From the human T2T-CHM13v2.0 reference genome, Homo sapiens: a stretch of 64,000 bases of DNA. The stretch lies in assembly GCF_009914755.1 (NCBI RefSeq), contig NC_060933.1. One strand, written 5' to 3'. Positions 13,282 through 27,679 of the stretch are shown here, one piece after another (within the stretch, counting starts at the first letter, position 1; each line of letters opens with the position of its first letter). The notes beneath the pieces are model-generated. The model was given only the letters and a program-made list of their open reading frames with translations. It did not search any database and was not told where the DNA came from. A program made the position numbers and the translations under genes.

Positions 13282-14393
13282 AGAGCACTTTTTTTTCTTA
13301 ATTTTTTATGATGGAAAATTTCAAGCATACATTAAGTAGAGAAAATAGTATAATGAACAACTGAATACTTAAATCTGGCTTCAATAATTTCTAATTTTAT
13401 GTTCTGTCTAATGTTGACATAAAGTATAGTTTGTATGTATTTGGTGGTGAGTACATAATGGGCCACATGATTTTTACCTTTTAGGCTGTAGTTCTACATC
13501 AGTATAAGATGGTTGTTTTTTTCTTCCAATACAAAATCTAAAGCGTTGTCAGCAGTGACATTTTTAAAAACACAATATGAGACGCAACAATAAATCAGTT
13601 ATTAAAATAAGATAAAGTAGGTATATAAATATTTCACCTTGGAAATAAAGCAAAGTCAGTGGAAGAGTGTGAAGACTGTGAAGATTAGGAGCATGAAAAT
13701 AAACGACTATTGGGAGCCATTCTATTCCCATGAGTGAATGTGTATTGGTTCCATTCAATGTAGGGAAGAGCAGTAAAAGGGAATAACCATAAGGATAAGA
13801 CCACTGGATTATCTGAGAGCCACAGTTGTCCTTTGCCACATGGAGCATCTGCCCTAGGTATTACAGCTCTGTGAGAAACAGAGGTTCAAGGAAAGAAATT
13901 TGTTATTTTTCAATTATCTGCATAAATTCTTTGGAACAGGGGCATGGATTATAAAAGATGTAAGATAATAAAAAGCATTTGTATTTGACTTTGGAATGTA
14001 TTGTACTTACATTTGCCTAGAGGTGTGTCTATTCTGGCTATTCTCTTTAAAGGAGCCATTCTATCGTGAACAGATCCTGTTGGAGCTGTTTTCTTGTTCT
14101 ACCAACCTTCAGCCACCTCTCTGTCTTTCATATTACTTATTGGCAGGGTTTCAAAAGGTTTTAGTCCTTACTTAATATAAACAAAAATGTACAATATTGA
14201 CAAAGTTTCAGTTAAGCAGATGAAATTCTAAGAGTTAAGCTGGGATTTTCCAAAATAATCCTGTTAACAGACTTGAAAGCACTTATCAGTTCTGTCTAAT
14301 GAAGACATTAGAACACCATAACCTTTCCGGCCCATTTTCTTTGTCAATAAGCGTTCTTGCCCTGTCAGCAGCTCACCTCCAGCTTTAGTTTTC

Positions 14394-14394
14394 T
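14394..14394 (+). other. rs10811661, T (T2D risk) allele
   Basis: Flank CAGCTCACCTCCAGCTTTAGTTTTC[T]CATGACAGTAAGTCTATTACC. Confidence 0.88.
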
Positions 14395-14483
14395 CATGAC
14401 AGTAAGTCTATTACCCTCCTGATCTGTCTTCTGGCTCCTCCTACCCAGGATGGGGAAGGTTTTTGACTTTACTGATATTCTCA

Positions 14484-14858
<375 letters not shown>

Positions 14859-15441
14859 TCATGCATCCCACACAGAAAGAGAAAATACTTGTCTGAACTT
14901 GTCCATAAATTCAGAATCCTGCCCCTTAACTTGTATGCCAGGTTTCTGGCATACTCTTATCTGAAAACTCACTCTATTAGAAAAGCAAAGCACAGTGATT
15001 TTCCCATCCTGATTACCTGGCACTGTTTTTTATTTCAGTGCTTCTGTTTCTTTGCCATGTAAATGCCTGTGATTTGCCAGGTCATTTGTCCTGATTTTAG
15101 TTGAAACAGTGCAGTCATCATACTTGCAGAATGATACAAAATAATATAAAATATATTGCCTTTGTACTAAACAGAAGTGCCTCTCTGTTGGTGAAATAAT
15201 ACATATAAACAAAAATAATAATTAGTGATACTTATTGTGTGTTCACTATCTACTAGCACTGTATTGAGTGCTTTACCTGCATTGCTTCATTTTCTCCTCA
15301 CAATATCCCTATTAGGTAAATTCAGTTATAATTCCCATTTTACAGATGGGGGCATTGAGGCTTGATGAGGTTAGTTAACCTGCTTCATGGTAGTAAAAGC
15401 AGAGCTTGGATTTGAGCACAGCATGAATGACTCCAGAACTT

Positions 15442-15494
15442 ACACACACACACCCACTCACACACATGCAAAGAGAGAGAGAGAGAGAGAGAGA
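15442..15494 (+). repeat. (CA)n/(GA)n compound microsatellite
   Basis: Direct reading. Confidence 0.9.
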
Positions 15495-16066
15495 CAACTG
15501 CTGAACATAGACCCAAGGCAAAATATCCTTGAGTAGAGGAACAGTGTGAGAGTGAAGCTGTAGTGCTGGTTGGGGTTAATCAGGATGGGCTCACTGGGCA
15601 AGACCAGGTTGTGGGGGGCAAAGGAGATGGAAAATTGTGTGAAGAGAAGAAGGGTGGACTAGGTAGATAAAGGTAGTGGACTAGGTAAATAAAGGTGGTA
15701 ATTCAGACATCCACTTTAGGCTTCAAATCACTTTAGGAGAAGTGGTGGTCTATTGCTTTGCCCTTTAGTAGCAACATGCTTATTATACAATTTAATAAGA
15801 TTCTATCCAATACACTGTTTTAAGGGCTCCCATCTCCCGGATTAGAGCTGAGTTCTAACTTCCTTTTCCAATGATAATGATCTGAGAAATTTCCTTCATG
15901 TTGCACTTTTTTTTTCTGAAGACTTGACATTGATGGAAAGAAGTGAAACCCACCTATGCTTTTGATTTTGGTGACTAATATTAATTGTCATGTATTACTA
16001 ATAGTGAATCTGCATTTTTAAAGTCTTGTTGGAAAGCACATTAGGTGTGTATATAAAGGTATTAAC

Positions 16067-16308
16067 CTTGAAAGTATGAACGTGTTTTCTATAATTAGTC
16101 CTATGATAATTTAAAATTTAACATGTGCTTGACACATTTGATAAAGGCTTTGTCTACTATGGTTTTATTTATGGTTGTTAATTAAGTAGGAGCAGCAGCA
16201 TACTACTTGAAAGTATGAAGGTGTCCTCTATAGTTAGTCCTATGATAATTTAAAATTTAACAGGTACTTGACACATTTGATAAAGGCTTTGTCTACTATG
16301 GTTTTATT
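16067..16308 (+). repeat. 103-bp direct duplication (16067-16169 and 16206-16308) with a 36-bp spacer
   Basis: Manual alignment: 6 mismatches in 103 bp. Confidence 0.95.
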
Positions 16309-17653
16309 GGAATAGACAACTTATCTTTTCTTAAAGTATATTTTACCTTGGTACCAGGAAACTTGAGACCAAGGTAAAATGTAATACTTTAAAAAATGCC
16401 TAAATAGGAACTGTCATATATAGTTATATTTAGGGTTGATTCATATTTTGAAATATATTCTAGAATATAAAAACTACTATATTTTACAATTACTTTACCA
16501 AGCTCTCTAATAATACCTGTTTACCTTTAAAATCTTGGTCTTTCCCACAGAGGACAAGTTATTATATTTTTAATTGTTAAGCCTTCTGATCATATGAATT
16601 CTTTTCATATTTCATTGAAATTATATAAAACATTTTACTTCAAAGGAAAAATGTTATGAATTTATAATGCTTTTAGAATTTAAAAATCTGTTTCCTATTT
16701 TGTTGATTAAGACAGAGAAGCATTGCTTGTGAATAAATAGCATGCTATGTTGAAAAGAAAATTAAGGATCCTGATGTTTCTCTGCCAGATAGGACAAAAA
16801 CTAAGGACGCCACAGGAATTTTTCAACATTTTTAACCTCTTGACAATATGTGGGTCGTATAAAGGACAAATGAATGTTTGGATGGACTGAGAATGCCAAT
16901 TTTAACAGATTGTCCAATCACTGTAGATAAATATTTGTGTTCCTGGGGATTATCTGATTATTATCAAGCAAATTGAATTGGAAACATAGCATGTATTAAG
17001 TCATTACTACTTATTGTCTAGTTCTTTTTCTCATAGAAGTGTCTATGTACTAGAAGAGCACTAAGTCATCAGTTAGACATGATCTTTATCATATCCAGAC
17101 AAAAATAAAAACCTTTTAAGAAGCTACTTTACAAGACAACTGCATAGCTTTCTTCACAGGAACTTGTTAAATAAATAATGATTATTAAAGCAATTGGGTC
17201 AGTCTCTTACACTAATTTAACAAGAGCAGTTCCAAGATGTCTAGCCCATTCCACATTCCGTGTGACTAACCATGGTATCCAGAGCTTGGAAAATATCCAG
17301 GCAACCCACAGTAGCTTTTCTTAAATGCATTATGGACACTGGAATGTAAGGAAAGTGATAGAACTAGGTGAACAAGAAGAGAGTCTTTAAGGCATACCCA
17401 TTGTCAGTGTCGTAAATGGCCTCAATTGTATGTTGAACATTGTTCAAAAGTACCCATGGCTGAAACAGTGTAGATTTAGCTCCTATCTGTATTGAAGTTG
17501 ATAAATGCATAAATCTTAATCATTGACATGGAGGTTTATTGTATTCAATGAGACAGATATACTTGGAGTTTTCCACAAACCACCAATAAGAGTCTATTGT
17601 GAATTGGAATGATTAGCTTTTAAAGATGTATACATGTTAACCACCCTTTTATA

Positions 17654-17720
17654 TTAAGTTGGTGCACAAGTAATTGTGCTTTCAACGGCAAAAACCACAA
17701 TTACTTGTGCACCAACCTAA
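17654..17720. mobile_element. MADE1 (Hsmar1-derived MITE), internally deleted
   Basis: Inverted arms ttaagttggtgcacaagtaattgtg / cacaattacttgtgcaccaacctaa, flanked by TA. Confidence 0.92.
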
Positions 17721-19244
17721 TACTTACAGTTATGCCAAGATAGGGGTAGAAGCAGAAGGAAAATTTAGAGTGAGAAGATAGAGACAAGAGATAGGGAGGA
17801 CAGGAATTGAGTCAAACAAAGATTCTGGAAAGTCTGTGATTAATTCTGTGGTTGTTAATTAAGTAGGAGCAGCAGATATTATAAAACTCAATATACAAGT
17901 GGTCAAGTTCAGGAAGAGCCAAGGAGGAGACCAGTTGATATTCTAGGTCCATGTTTCTTGTAAGCAAAGTTTGGAAACCAGAACTTTGGATCTGTTTCAA
18001 GAGCCCAAGGTAAGAGGCTTTAGAATAAAGTCTAACCCAGGCCAAGAATCTGGGTAACAGAACCAGGGATCTCCTAGGGCACTAGCACTAACTGGTGGCC
18101 AAGGCAAGTACTTCTACATTTCCTGCTTTGAGTCCAAACTTGTGAAAATTTTTAGAAGGCCTGAGCCCACAGATTTATTTTTTCATCAATTCATATTTAT
18201 TAGGCACCTATATGTGCCAGGCACTGTATTAGGAGCATGGACTATTGGTGATCTCAATGGACATATTATCCGTTTTTATAAAGGAGATGTATCGTGGACC
18301 AGTAAATAAAGAAGTGAACAAATAGCACTAGAAGGAAATAAAAAGGGCAATAAATCAGATAATCTAGGGGAGGGTGTTTTAGATAGAATGATCAGGGAAA
18401 GCCTGTCCAAAGAAGTGATGTTTGAGAATGAGAATTAAGTTTGAGAATGAGCAGATACATGAGGAGCTGGAAGGAGGACACTCCAAAGTCTAGGCCAAGT
18501 GGAAAGGCTTGGAGGGGAGAAAGGCCTTGGCATGTTCAAGGCTTGGAAGGAAGTGGATTTAGACGCTAGCAAGCAGAAAAGAGAGGGTGTGACTTGGGGC
18601 ATAGAGAAATTGGTAAGAGCCAGATCAAGCAGTGGGAGGGGAAAAGCCACTTAGCTAGAGTAAGGGATGGACCAAGTACTCTGTAGAACAGATATGAAAT
18701 TATTCAGTGTTTTTATAGCTGTAAACTGGAAAATAGATTACAGGGACTTAAAATTCTGCCTAAGTACTCCATGCATTGTGAAGGGTTTACTAATGAAATC
18801 TTCTTAGAGATGGAAACATGAGGCAGACCATTAGTGCTAGATCATGGTGGTCATATTAGTTCTGGGGAGTCCAGGGTTAAAAAAAGTAGCTTCAGGGCAA
18901 AGCATTGCAGTTCAAGAGAGTGGTGGTAATAGCCAGAGAGTTTTGCCTTTGGATGATGAAACTGGTTGGCAAATGACAGTGGAGCAGGGTAGTGAGGCAC
19001 CCAGGGTGGGCTGGTTTGAAACAGAGCATAATGTGAGTGAACCTGGGATGCACATGAATAACAAGATGGAAGAAACATAAAGCATCATCCTTCTTAGGAT
19101 TTCCTTTCTTCCACAGAGTCAGCTAAGTTATAGGTGCCCTGAGGAGGTCTTCCAAATGGTTAACAGTATATTATGCTCTTCCTTTGAATTTTTAGTTTGA
19201 AAATTTGTTAATAGCCAAACAATAGTAATGATATCCTTACCACT

Positions 19245-20165
19245 CTTTGGATTGAATGATGTCCCCCACCAAACCAAAACATCAGTTAAGTCCTAATCCC
19301 CAGTAGCTCAGAATGTGGTCTTATTTGGAAACAGAGTCATTGCAGATGACATTAGTTAAATGAAGATGAGGTCATACTGGAATAGCATGGGCCATTTATC
19401 CAACACGACTGGTGTCTTTACAAGAAGAGGAAATTTGAACACAGTGGGAAGATGGCTGTATAAAGATACAAAGATGGCTGCAGTGAGTCATGGTCATGCT
19501 ACTGCACTCCAGACTGGACGACAGAGTGAGAATTTGTCTCAAAGGAAAAGAAAAAGAAAAAAAAGCTAGGCATAGTGGTTCATGCCTGTAACCCTAGCAC
19601 TTTGGGAGGTTAAAGTTGGAGGATCACTTGAGCTTAGGAGTTTGAGACAAGCATGGGCAACATAGCAAGACCCCGTCTTCGCAAAAAATAAAACTAGCCA
19701 GGTGTTGTGGTGCATGCCTGTAGTCCCAGCTACTGAGGTGGCTGAGGTGGGAGGATTGCCTAAGCCCAGCAGGTCAAGGTTGCAGTGACCAGTGATCTCA
19801 CCACTGCAATCCAGCCTGGGCAAAAGAGCAAGACCCTGTCAAAAAAAGAAAGAAAGTAGAAAGAAAGAAAGAGAAAAAGAAAACAAAAAGAAAAAAGACA
19901 GATACAGAGCTGCAGAAGGAGAATATTATGTGAAGAAGGAGACAAAGATTGAAGTGATATATCTATTATCAAGGAAATGCTAGGGCATGATGCCTGTCAT
20001 CACAAGCTGGGAGATGGCATGGAACAGATTCTTCCTTAGGGCCTTCCAAAGGAACCACCACTGCCACACCTTGACCTCAGAATTTTAGCCTCCAGAACTG
20101 TGATATAATAAATTTCTGTTTAAAGCCACCCAGTGTGTGGTACTCATTAGGGCAGCCGTAGAAAA
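19245..20165 (+). mobile_element. MLT1 (MaLR) LTR interrupted by Alu insertions
   Basis: 5' half: ttatttggaaacagagtcattgcagatg...gatgaggtcatactgg; 3' half: gcctccagaactgtga...aataaatttctg...gccacccag. Confidence 0.82.
19476..19850 (+). mobile_element. Alu 3' fragment (19476-19560) followed by a full AluJ (19565-19850)
   Basis: Alu sequence with A-rich tails, nested in the MLT1. Confidence 0.88.
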
Positions 20166-20476
20166 GGAAAACTACCCCTTCCCATTCCTCTTGTCGTATT
20201 CTTTTCCACCGTTTTGTCTCACACACTACAATCGATGAAAACCAAATTGCTTTTTCTACCACTTGTACTCTTTCAACCCAGAATAGCCTCCTCTTTTTTT
20301 TTTTTTTTTTTTTTTTGTCTCCAGGGACCTATTTTAAAATAAGAAAAAAGTTTTTAAGCATAGTACCTGATAGTTTTTTAATCTTCACCCACACCCACCC
20401 CTTCCCCATAACTTTTTTGATTGATTATGAAATATTTCAAGCAAACACAGAAAATAATATGACAGTATTCTTCTAA

Positions 20477-20812
<336 letters not shown>

Positions 20813-21142
20813 TAAAGTGGCATCACTTTGTTAGTAAAGCCTTCCCATTATCACTCAGATTTACTTAACTCTATCACCTATTCCCACAATATTTTATACA
20901 CAAATTATATTACAGGAATGATCATATTGTATTTTAATTGTAGTCACTTTATAAGAAAAAAATGACTTGGTCTTTTTTAATCATCTAGTGCCTATGCAAT
21001 ATCTAACTCTGGGTTAAACTGAATTTTAATATAATAGTGTTTACATCGAACCGTTTGACCTTCAAAAGAGCCCTAAGAGTCAGGACTAGAATTGTCATTC
21101 TTTATTCCAGAAATGGCAACTTTATGAATTTTACGTGTTTAA

Positions 21143-21527
21143 TGTGGTCGATTATTGTTTGTCACTGTTGGTGAAGTTTACTTCCTTGCCCTCCTGATGT
21201 TGGGCTTGGCCGTGTGGTTTGCTTAGGCCAGTGGAAGGCAGGTGGAAGTGACAACATGTCAGTTCCAAACTGAGGCTGTAAGAAGTTCACATATTTCTGC
21301 TTTCTTCTTTGTGCTTCTGACATTCACCATGAAAACATTCCCTGAGTAGCTGTTGGTCCCAGAATGAAGAGACAGATGGAGCCAACCTGAACCCAACTTG
21401 AAGGCTGAATGCCAACAAACATAGCAGGATCACAGCAAACCTGAAGTGAATGCTCGCTGATGTCAGTTACCAAGATTTGGGGTGGTGGTTACCCAGCATT
21501 AGCATAGTTGAAACCTCACTAATACAC
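21143..21527 (+). mobile_element. Old MLT1 LTR
   Basis: tgggcttggccgtgtggtttgcttaggccagtggaa...gatttggggtggtggttacccagcattag. Confidence 0.6.
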
Positions 21528-23079
21528 CTAGATGGTTGATAATAAAGGCAGAACTAGAATACATGTTATCTGATTAGCAATATAGTGTCTTTTTACTAAA
21601 TTATTCTGTTATTCATCTGCACATTCAACAAGTATTTAATCATATATTTACTGTAGAAAACAGCACATCATTAAACAGACAGACTGTGGTCTCTGCCCCC
21701 AAGGAGAATATGTTTCTAGTGAGGGAAAGAGATACAAATTCATAAATCTAAACTATAGAAAATGGCAAACTCTATAGCACAAATGTCTTTTGAGAGAGAA
21801 TAATGGGTGAGGGGAAGGAAAGGAGATGAATACCTTTAAGGTGGCATGGGTAGAGCTCTTTGAGAGACTGCAAAGCAGAGAAGATGCTTCAAGAAAAAGA
21901 AGTACACATTTCTCTCCCTGGAATGGTCTCAGTGGTCTCAGATAATGGTTTCAGTTTTCCATATTCCTTTATTTATGTAGTGTCAGGCCAACAGTGTACT
22001 TTAGCTCCAGGCTAACCAGTTGTCCTTGGTTTGCATCCCGTGTATTCAGAAAGCTATTGGATTGTTTTGTAAGTTCTTAAAGAAAGACTGAAAAAGGCTT
22101 CATTTTCCCTTTTTCCAAAGGGAGCAATTACATACTGTCACTGGAATAATAAACTTAAGTCCTAGGCTGTGAATGAAATTTGATTTCTTTCAGGTGAGAG
22201 GTATTTTGTATATGGAAAGCTAAGGAAAGAAATGCAATGTTTTTTTTTTTTTTTTTTTTTTTTTTTTAGCAATCCAGTAGGGAACTGTGGCCAGCATTGA
22301 GCTGATAAAGACCTTTGTTTTCCATGTTTTGATTGGCCCAGTGAGAAGCCTCGAGCAGTTTGCACACCCATCTGTGTCCATACTGGTGGGGCAGAAAAGT
22401 GCTGACACAGGATTGCAGATTAGCCCCTGCAGCTTGCCAGGGTAAACTTGTGTAATGCACTGTACACCACTCCTAACAACAGTGGTCCTTTTGTCACTTA
22501 AACAGAGGTTATTAAGAATATGAGTCATTAAAAAGAGCTTTAGAAAAGCAGGCAACATTTTCCAATACAGTGGCTTTAGGGGATCTTTGGAAAGTATCAG
22601 AAGTTCCGGAAGAAGTAAAGCATCTCATTAATAACTAACAATAGACACAGAATCAAAATCTGAATTGATGAAAAAAAGTAATATTTAAAATGTAATTTTT
22701 GAATGTTGAAAAGAGCCCATTTTTGTAGAGAATTGGATGAGGATTAACTTAGATATTTTCTTGAATGTGTATAAATATTACATATAAGAATACTTTCAAG
22801 TCTTAAATTGGCCCGGGGATCTCCAGCTTGCTGATAAAAACAAATCAAAGAAACTACCTTTAGGACTTCTTTTTCTTATTTTTGAAACATTAAAAAGTTG
22901 CAAGTGCCGGAATAATGGGGAAAAAGTCTTTATTCTATTATCCAGACAAAAAGCTGGTCAACATTTTAATGCTGTTTCTGCTGGCATTTTTCTCTACAAA
23001 TACTTTCTATGTAGTTAAGATCATATGGTATATGTAATCTTGTTTCATTCATTTTCTTTCACTTTTGTTATTCCTTATT

Positions 23080-23280
23080 CAGTGATTGGAAAACTATGGT
23101 TTATAGGCCAAATCTGGACTACTGCTACACGTGGAACACAGCCACATGCATTCATTTACATATTGTGTATGACTGCTGTCTCTGTACCATAATAGAATTG
23201 AGGGCGGCTACAGAGCTTAAGTGACTCACAAAGCCTGAAATATTTGCTCTCTGGCCCTTTATAGAAACAGTTTTCCAGTT
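23080..23280 (+). mobile_element. MER58-like hAT-Charlie remnant
   Basis: ggaaaactatgg...ggccaaatc...gcctgaaatatttgctctctggccctttatagaaa. Confidence 0.7.
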
Positions 23281-23929
23281 TGTGAGATAGATTATTAGAG
23301 TCATATGAACACAATAGAATTTTACAAAAATATACCAAAAGTTTATACAGCCATTGATACTTTAACTAGCATTGTCTGATGAAACTGTTTTATTGCCTAT
23401 AACAATATATATGGTAAATATATATGGTTATACATATATAACCATATATATGTAATAGCCAGCTATATATATATATGTATAATTTTATATGTATACAGTT
23501 TTGGATTTTAATAGACATAGAATGTTAGTGTATCTCTTTTTTGCTTTAATATTTATTTCTTTGAGTAGCAGTTAGACAAAATGATTTTCCAATTTTTTAG
23601 TTCTTTAATTTTCTTTATCTTCAACTGCCTTCTTATGACGTTTGCCCCTTTTTAAATAGAGGGTTTTTTTAAAAACAAATTTGTAAGGGCTCTATATAGA
23701 TGCGGAATACCAACTCTTATTGTTTTTACTTTGACTATATTTTCTCAGTTTTTTAATCCTTTAATTTGAGAGATTTTTTTGAAACTTGAAAGTTGTTTAA
23801 TCAGTGTAAAATTTCCTCTGTGATTCCTTTCCAAGCTCCAATATATCATGCTGAGGAAGTATCTTATCATTTTTAATTTTTTAAAAATTTATAAGGATTG
23901 ATATTTTATGAAAGGCCTCTTGAGTGTCT

Positions 23930-25230
23930 ATTTTTAAAAACATACTTTGTTCTTAGAATAGTTTTGGACTTACAGAAAAATTGAGAAGATAGTACAAAGG
24001 GTTCTCATAAACTCCACAGTGATTTTTCCCTGTCATTAACATCATTCATTAGCATTTTGTCATTAGTATCTTTCATTAGTATTGTATGTTCGTTACAATC
24101 AATTAACTAAGATTGATGCATTGTCATTACCTAAAGTCCATATTTTATTAGAATTGTTTAAGTTTTTACCTAATATACTTTTTGTTCTGGTATCTTGTCC
24201 TAGATACCACCATTCAACCATTCATTTAGTTGTTATGTCTCCTTATGTTTTTCTTGGCTTGTTATATTTTCTCATAGTTTTTTGGTTTTTGATGACCTTG
24301 ACAATTTTAAGGAGTATTGACTAGGCATTTTGTAAAACTCCTTTCTATTAGAATTGGTCACTGTGAGCAGTCCACATTTTAGGAATAGGAAGTTTTATTT
24401 CCCCATCTTGAGGGTGAAGTTGTTGCATAAACTTTTGGGGATTCTTCTGCATGGGAGATTTTTTCTACTTCTCCTTTTATTTATTTATTCAGTCATTTAG
24501 TATGAGCTCATAGATATTAATTTTATACTTTGGGTTATAATCTAATACTTTTTAATTATTTTGTTGCTTACATAGTTCTAGATTTGGCCACTGGGAGCTC
24601 TTTAAGTTGACTTCTGTATTTCTTTGACATACCTTGGCAAATGTAGGATTTGTGTGTGTGTGTGTTTATTAGCACATTTTTCATTTCTGGCACTACAAGA
24701 TCCTCCAGGCTCATCTTGTTTATTTCCTGTGCCAGTCCTAGGATTAGTCATTTCTACAATGTGCCCTGATTCCTTTAGTCAGTTTCCTTTTATTAGGAAC
24801 CAATATCTGGACACTGGTTATGCTTATTTGTACAAGCATGTAGTTACTTCTGGGCCCTCTCAGCTTACAGAGCAAGGAACCATACTATGCTATGTGTGTG
24901 TATGCTAAGCTGTGTATACACACACAGAAAAAAAAAATATATATATGCACACACATATATTTCTATACATAGCCATCTGTATCAATTTTGAGCTAAACAT
25001 GAGTGTTCATACTGGTGTCTCCAACTCTAATCCAGTATCACATGTATCATTTTAGCCTTATCCCCTTGTTTATCTGTACACTCCCATCCCAACAGTGATA
25101 ATCCTGGCTCCTGCCATCTGTCAATTCCAGTATACAGGTATTGGAATATCAGAATTTTTAACTTGTACTCTAGTTATTTTAACCAAGAAATAACTTTGTT
25201 AACTAGAGTACAATGCTTATGTACTGTCAA
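23930..25230 (-). mobile_element. L1MC-type 3' end remnant
   Basis: tacagaaaaattgagaagatagtaca...tttggccactgggagctc...gatcctccaggctcatcttg. Confidence 0.7.
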
Positions 25231-27679
25231 ACGAGATTCCACTCGTTTCCAAAGTTATTTAGGTTCCTCTCCTGATTTTTAACTCTTATTTCACTGCATT
25301 TTAATCCGGATTTATTTATTGTTCCTGGTTGTCAGTCCTGAAACTAAAGTGGTAATAAAGGAAACAGGTGGTATACGTGAGAGGCTTTCAAATTCCTTGA
25401 GGTCATAAAATATATATGTATGTGCATATATTTAAAATAAAGCCTTGAACAGGCAGAAAAACTGATATTGCATTGTAGATAACAAATGGCATAAAACACT
25501 TATGTAGAATTAGTCCCATCAAAATATGTAAAGAAGTAAGGTTCGATAAAAGTTGTGGGCATTATAATAAAATATTTCTCTCCCTTTATATTCACTCCTT
25601 ACCTGTTCTCAGTAAAATAAGTTCAACTCTGTACAATTAATTTTCTGCCATGTCTACTGCTTGTACTTGGGAACAAATGCTATATTATAATATAAAGATA
25701 TGTGTGGAACTTGGTTTCAAAAGTCAGGTAATGCAAATATCAAAAAACAGGTGATCTCTCAAACACCTTATGATAAGTCAGTCAGATAAAGTGCTCTGCA
25801 GAACTCCAGCCAACAAACAGGTTGATTATCAGTGAAGTATCTCATATTTTCAGGTAGTCCTCACACTAAGAAAGCTAATGAAAAAGAGTTTGAGCTCACA
25901 TAATCATGAGAAAGTACATTTCAAACCACCTTCCCAAATTTCCTGCTGCAGTTTCTTCTCTTTTTACTCATTATTTTTCTTTTTACCTCAGTTTACTTTC
26001 TGGTTTTCTTGGCTGAGTGCCTTTTTAACTGCTTAGAAGTAAGATGCTATCTTCTTTATCAGGTTTGCAAACTATTTATTGAATTTAGCAATTAAAATTG
26101 TCGCTGTGGTTGAACTGGAAAATGTCCTTTTGGTACTTGAATTTACTGAATATAATGACTGAAAAAGCATTTCAAACAAACAAATCAACAAACAAAAAAT
26201 CTCAATTAGTTTGTTGCATAGACACAATAGTAACTCACAGCACTGGCATATTATTTTTGATTCACAAAACACATATAGAGCCTGGCATCTATTAGACATG
26301 GAAGCCACTTATTAAGTATTTATTTAATCAATGAATGCATCAAAGGATTAGTAATATCAACTTCAACACAATCCTGTAGTATATGTAATATTCTTCCTCT
26401 TCCCTACCTTTAACAATGAGGAATTTGAGCTCAGAAGGATTAAGTGAATTACTTGAAGTTATATTATTAATTAAACTACTGAAGCCAGAACACGAATCTA
26501 GAACTTAATCATCAGAAGGGCAACTACTACCTCCACCTACGTTACTCATGATAGTATTAACATGGTAGCACAGTGGTACATAGTAGTTGCTCATTGAATA
26601 TTATTTAGTAAAAGAAATGAAAAGAGTGGTGCTAGATACTTGGAAGAATAAGAATTCTAAGAAGGAGAATAAAGGTGTATATACATATTCATTTGATAAG
26701 TATTCAAATAATAGTTAAAGAGATGCATAGGATACTGCAGAGCTCTTTCAGAATTGAGAAGCTGAAATTAAAAGATGTATTAGACTTGTTTCCATCTTAA
26801 ATCATCATCATATCAAGTGATAGACATTGGTACCTGCAGTATTTCAGTGGCATTTGATTTTTTTCCTGCAGAGTTCTATTAATACAGTATTTTAAAATTT
26901 TATTGTATGTCATTTAAAAAATACTTTTAAAAAGCAAGAACACCACATTTTTCTGGGCATAAGAGACAAGGTTGCTTTTTGCATGCATGTATGCAATTCT
27001 AACCTTTAAATTTCCTATGTCTTTATTTTTTCCCCTGACTTTAGAGCCTAATATTGACTAACAGCTCATTTTGAAAGATAAAAATCCACAAAATAATAAT
27101 TTAGAAAGTGAAAATGAAAAATTACATTAATTTCTCCTCTACCATTGTTTTTCGTTCAAAACCACAGTTAACATGAGTTGATTTATTTTTTTTAAATGAA
27201 TCTACTGTGACCGGCCTTATGATCCACCCATTCGCCTAAGTTTGAAACCACATTGATTCAGTCAACAAACTCTATACCACCTACTAATTGATAGGTAATG
27301 ACTAGTTTTGTTAATACTTGGTTACAGCGATAGCTTTGAGCAAATTTTCAAAGTGAAGCTTTTCTCAACTTTTTCTTGTTGATTCGGTATCTGAAATAGC
27401 TTATTAATTCATTCCTTCCTTGTTTCCACTGACACTGCCAATCAGTTGTAGGTGAAAACTCTAAACTGGTCTCCTGTACTTTACTATCCCATTTTCTGCC
27501 TTAATTCATCTTCTCCAGTGTCTCAAGTGTAATCTTGCTAAAATACAAACCTAATTATGTTACTCCTCTGTTTACAGTCTTTAAATGTTTTACCAAATTA
27601 AATCCAAACTCCTTGAGAAGTTCATACAAGGTTGTATCAGAGCCTCTGAAACGCTAACCCACATCTTCACAGCTTCATC

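Noticed and set aside
15653-15696. Short tandem duplications (also 40241-40282, 42408-42475, 52603-52640)
   Set aside because: Two-copy 17-27 bp slippage duplications are common and show no sign of function
25771-25831. Small GATA cluster sharing TGATAAGTCAGT with 52301
   Set aside because: A 12-bp match in 64 kb of AT-rich DNA is compatible with chance
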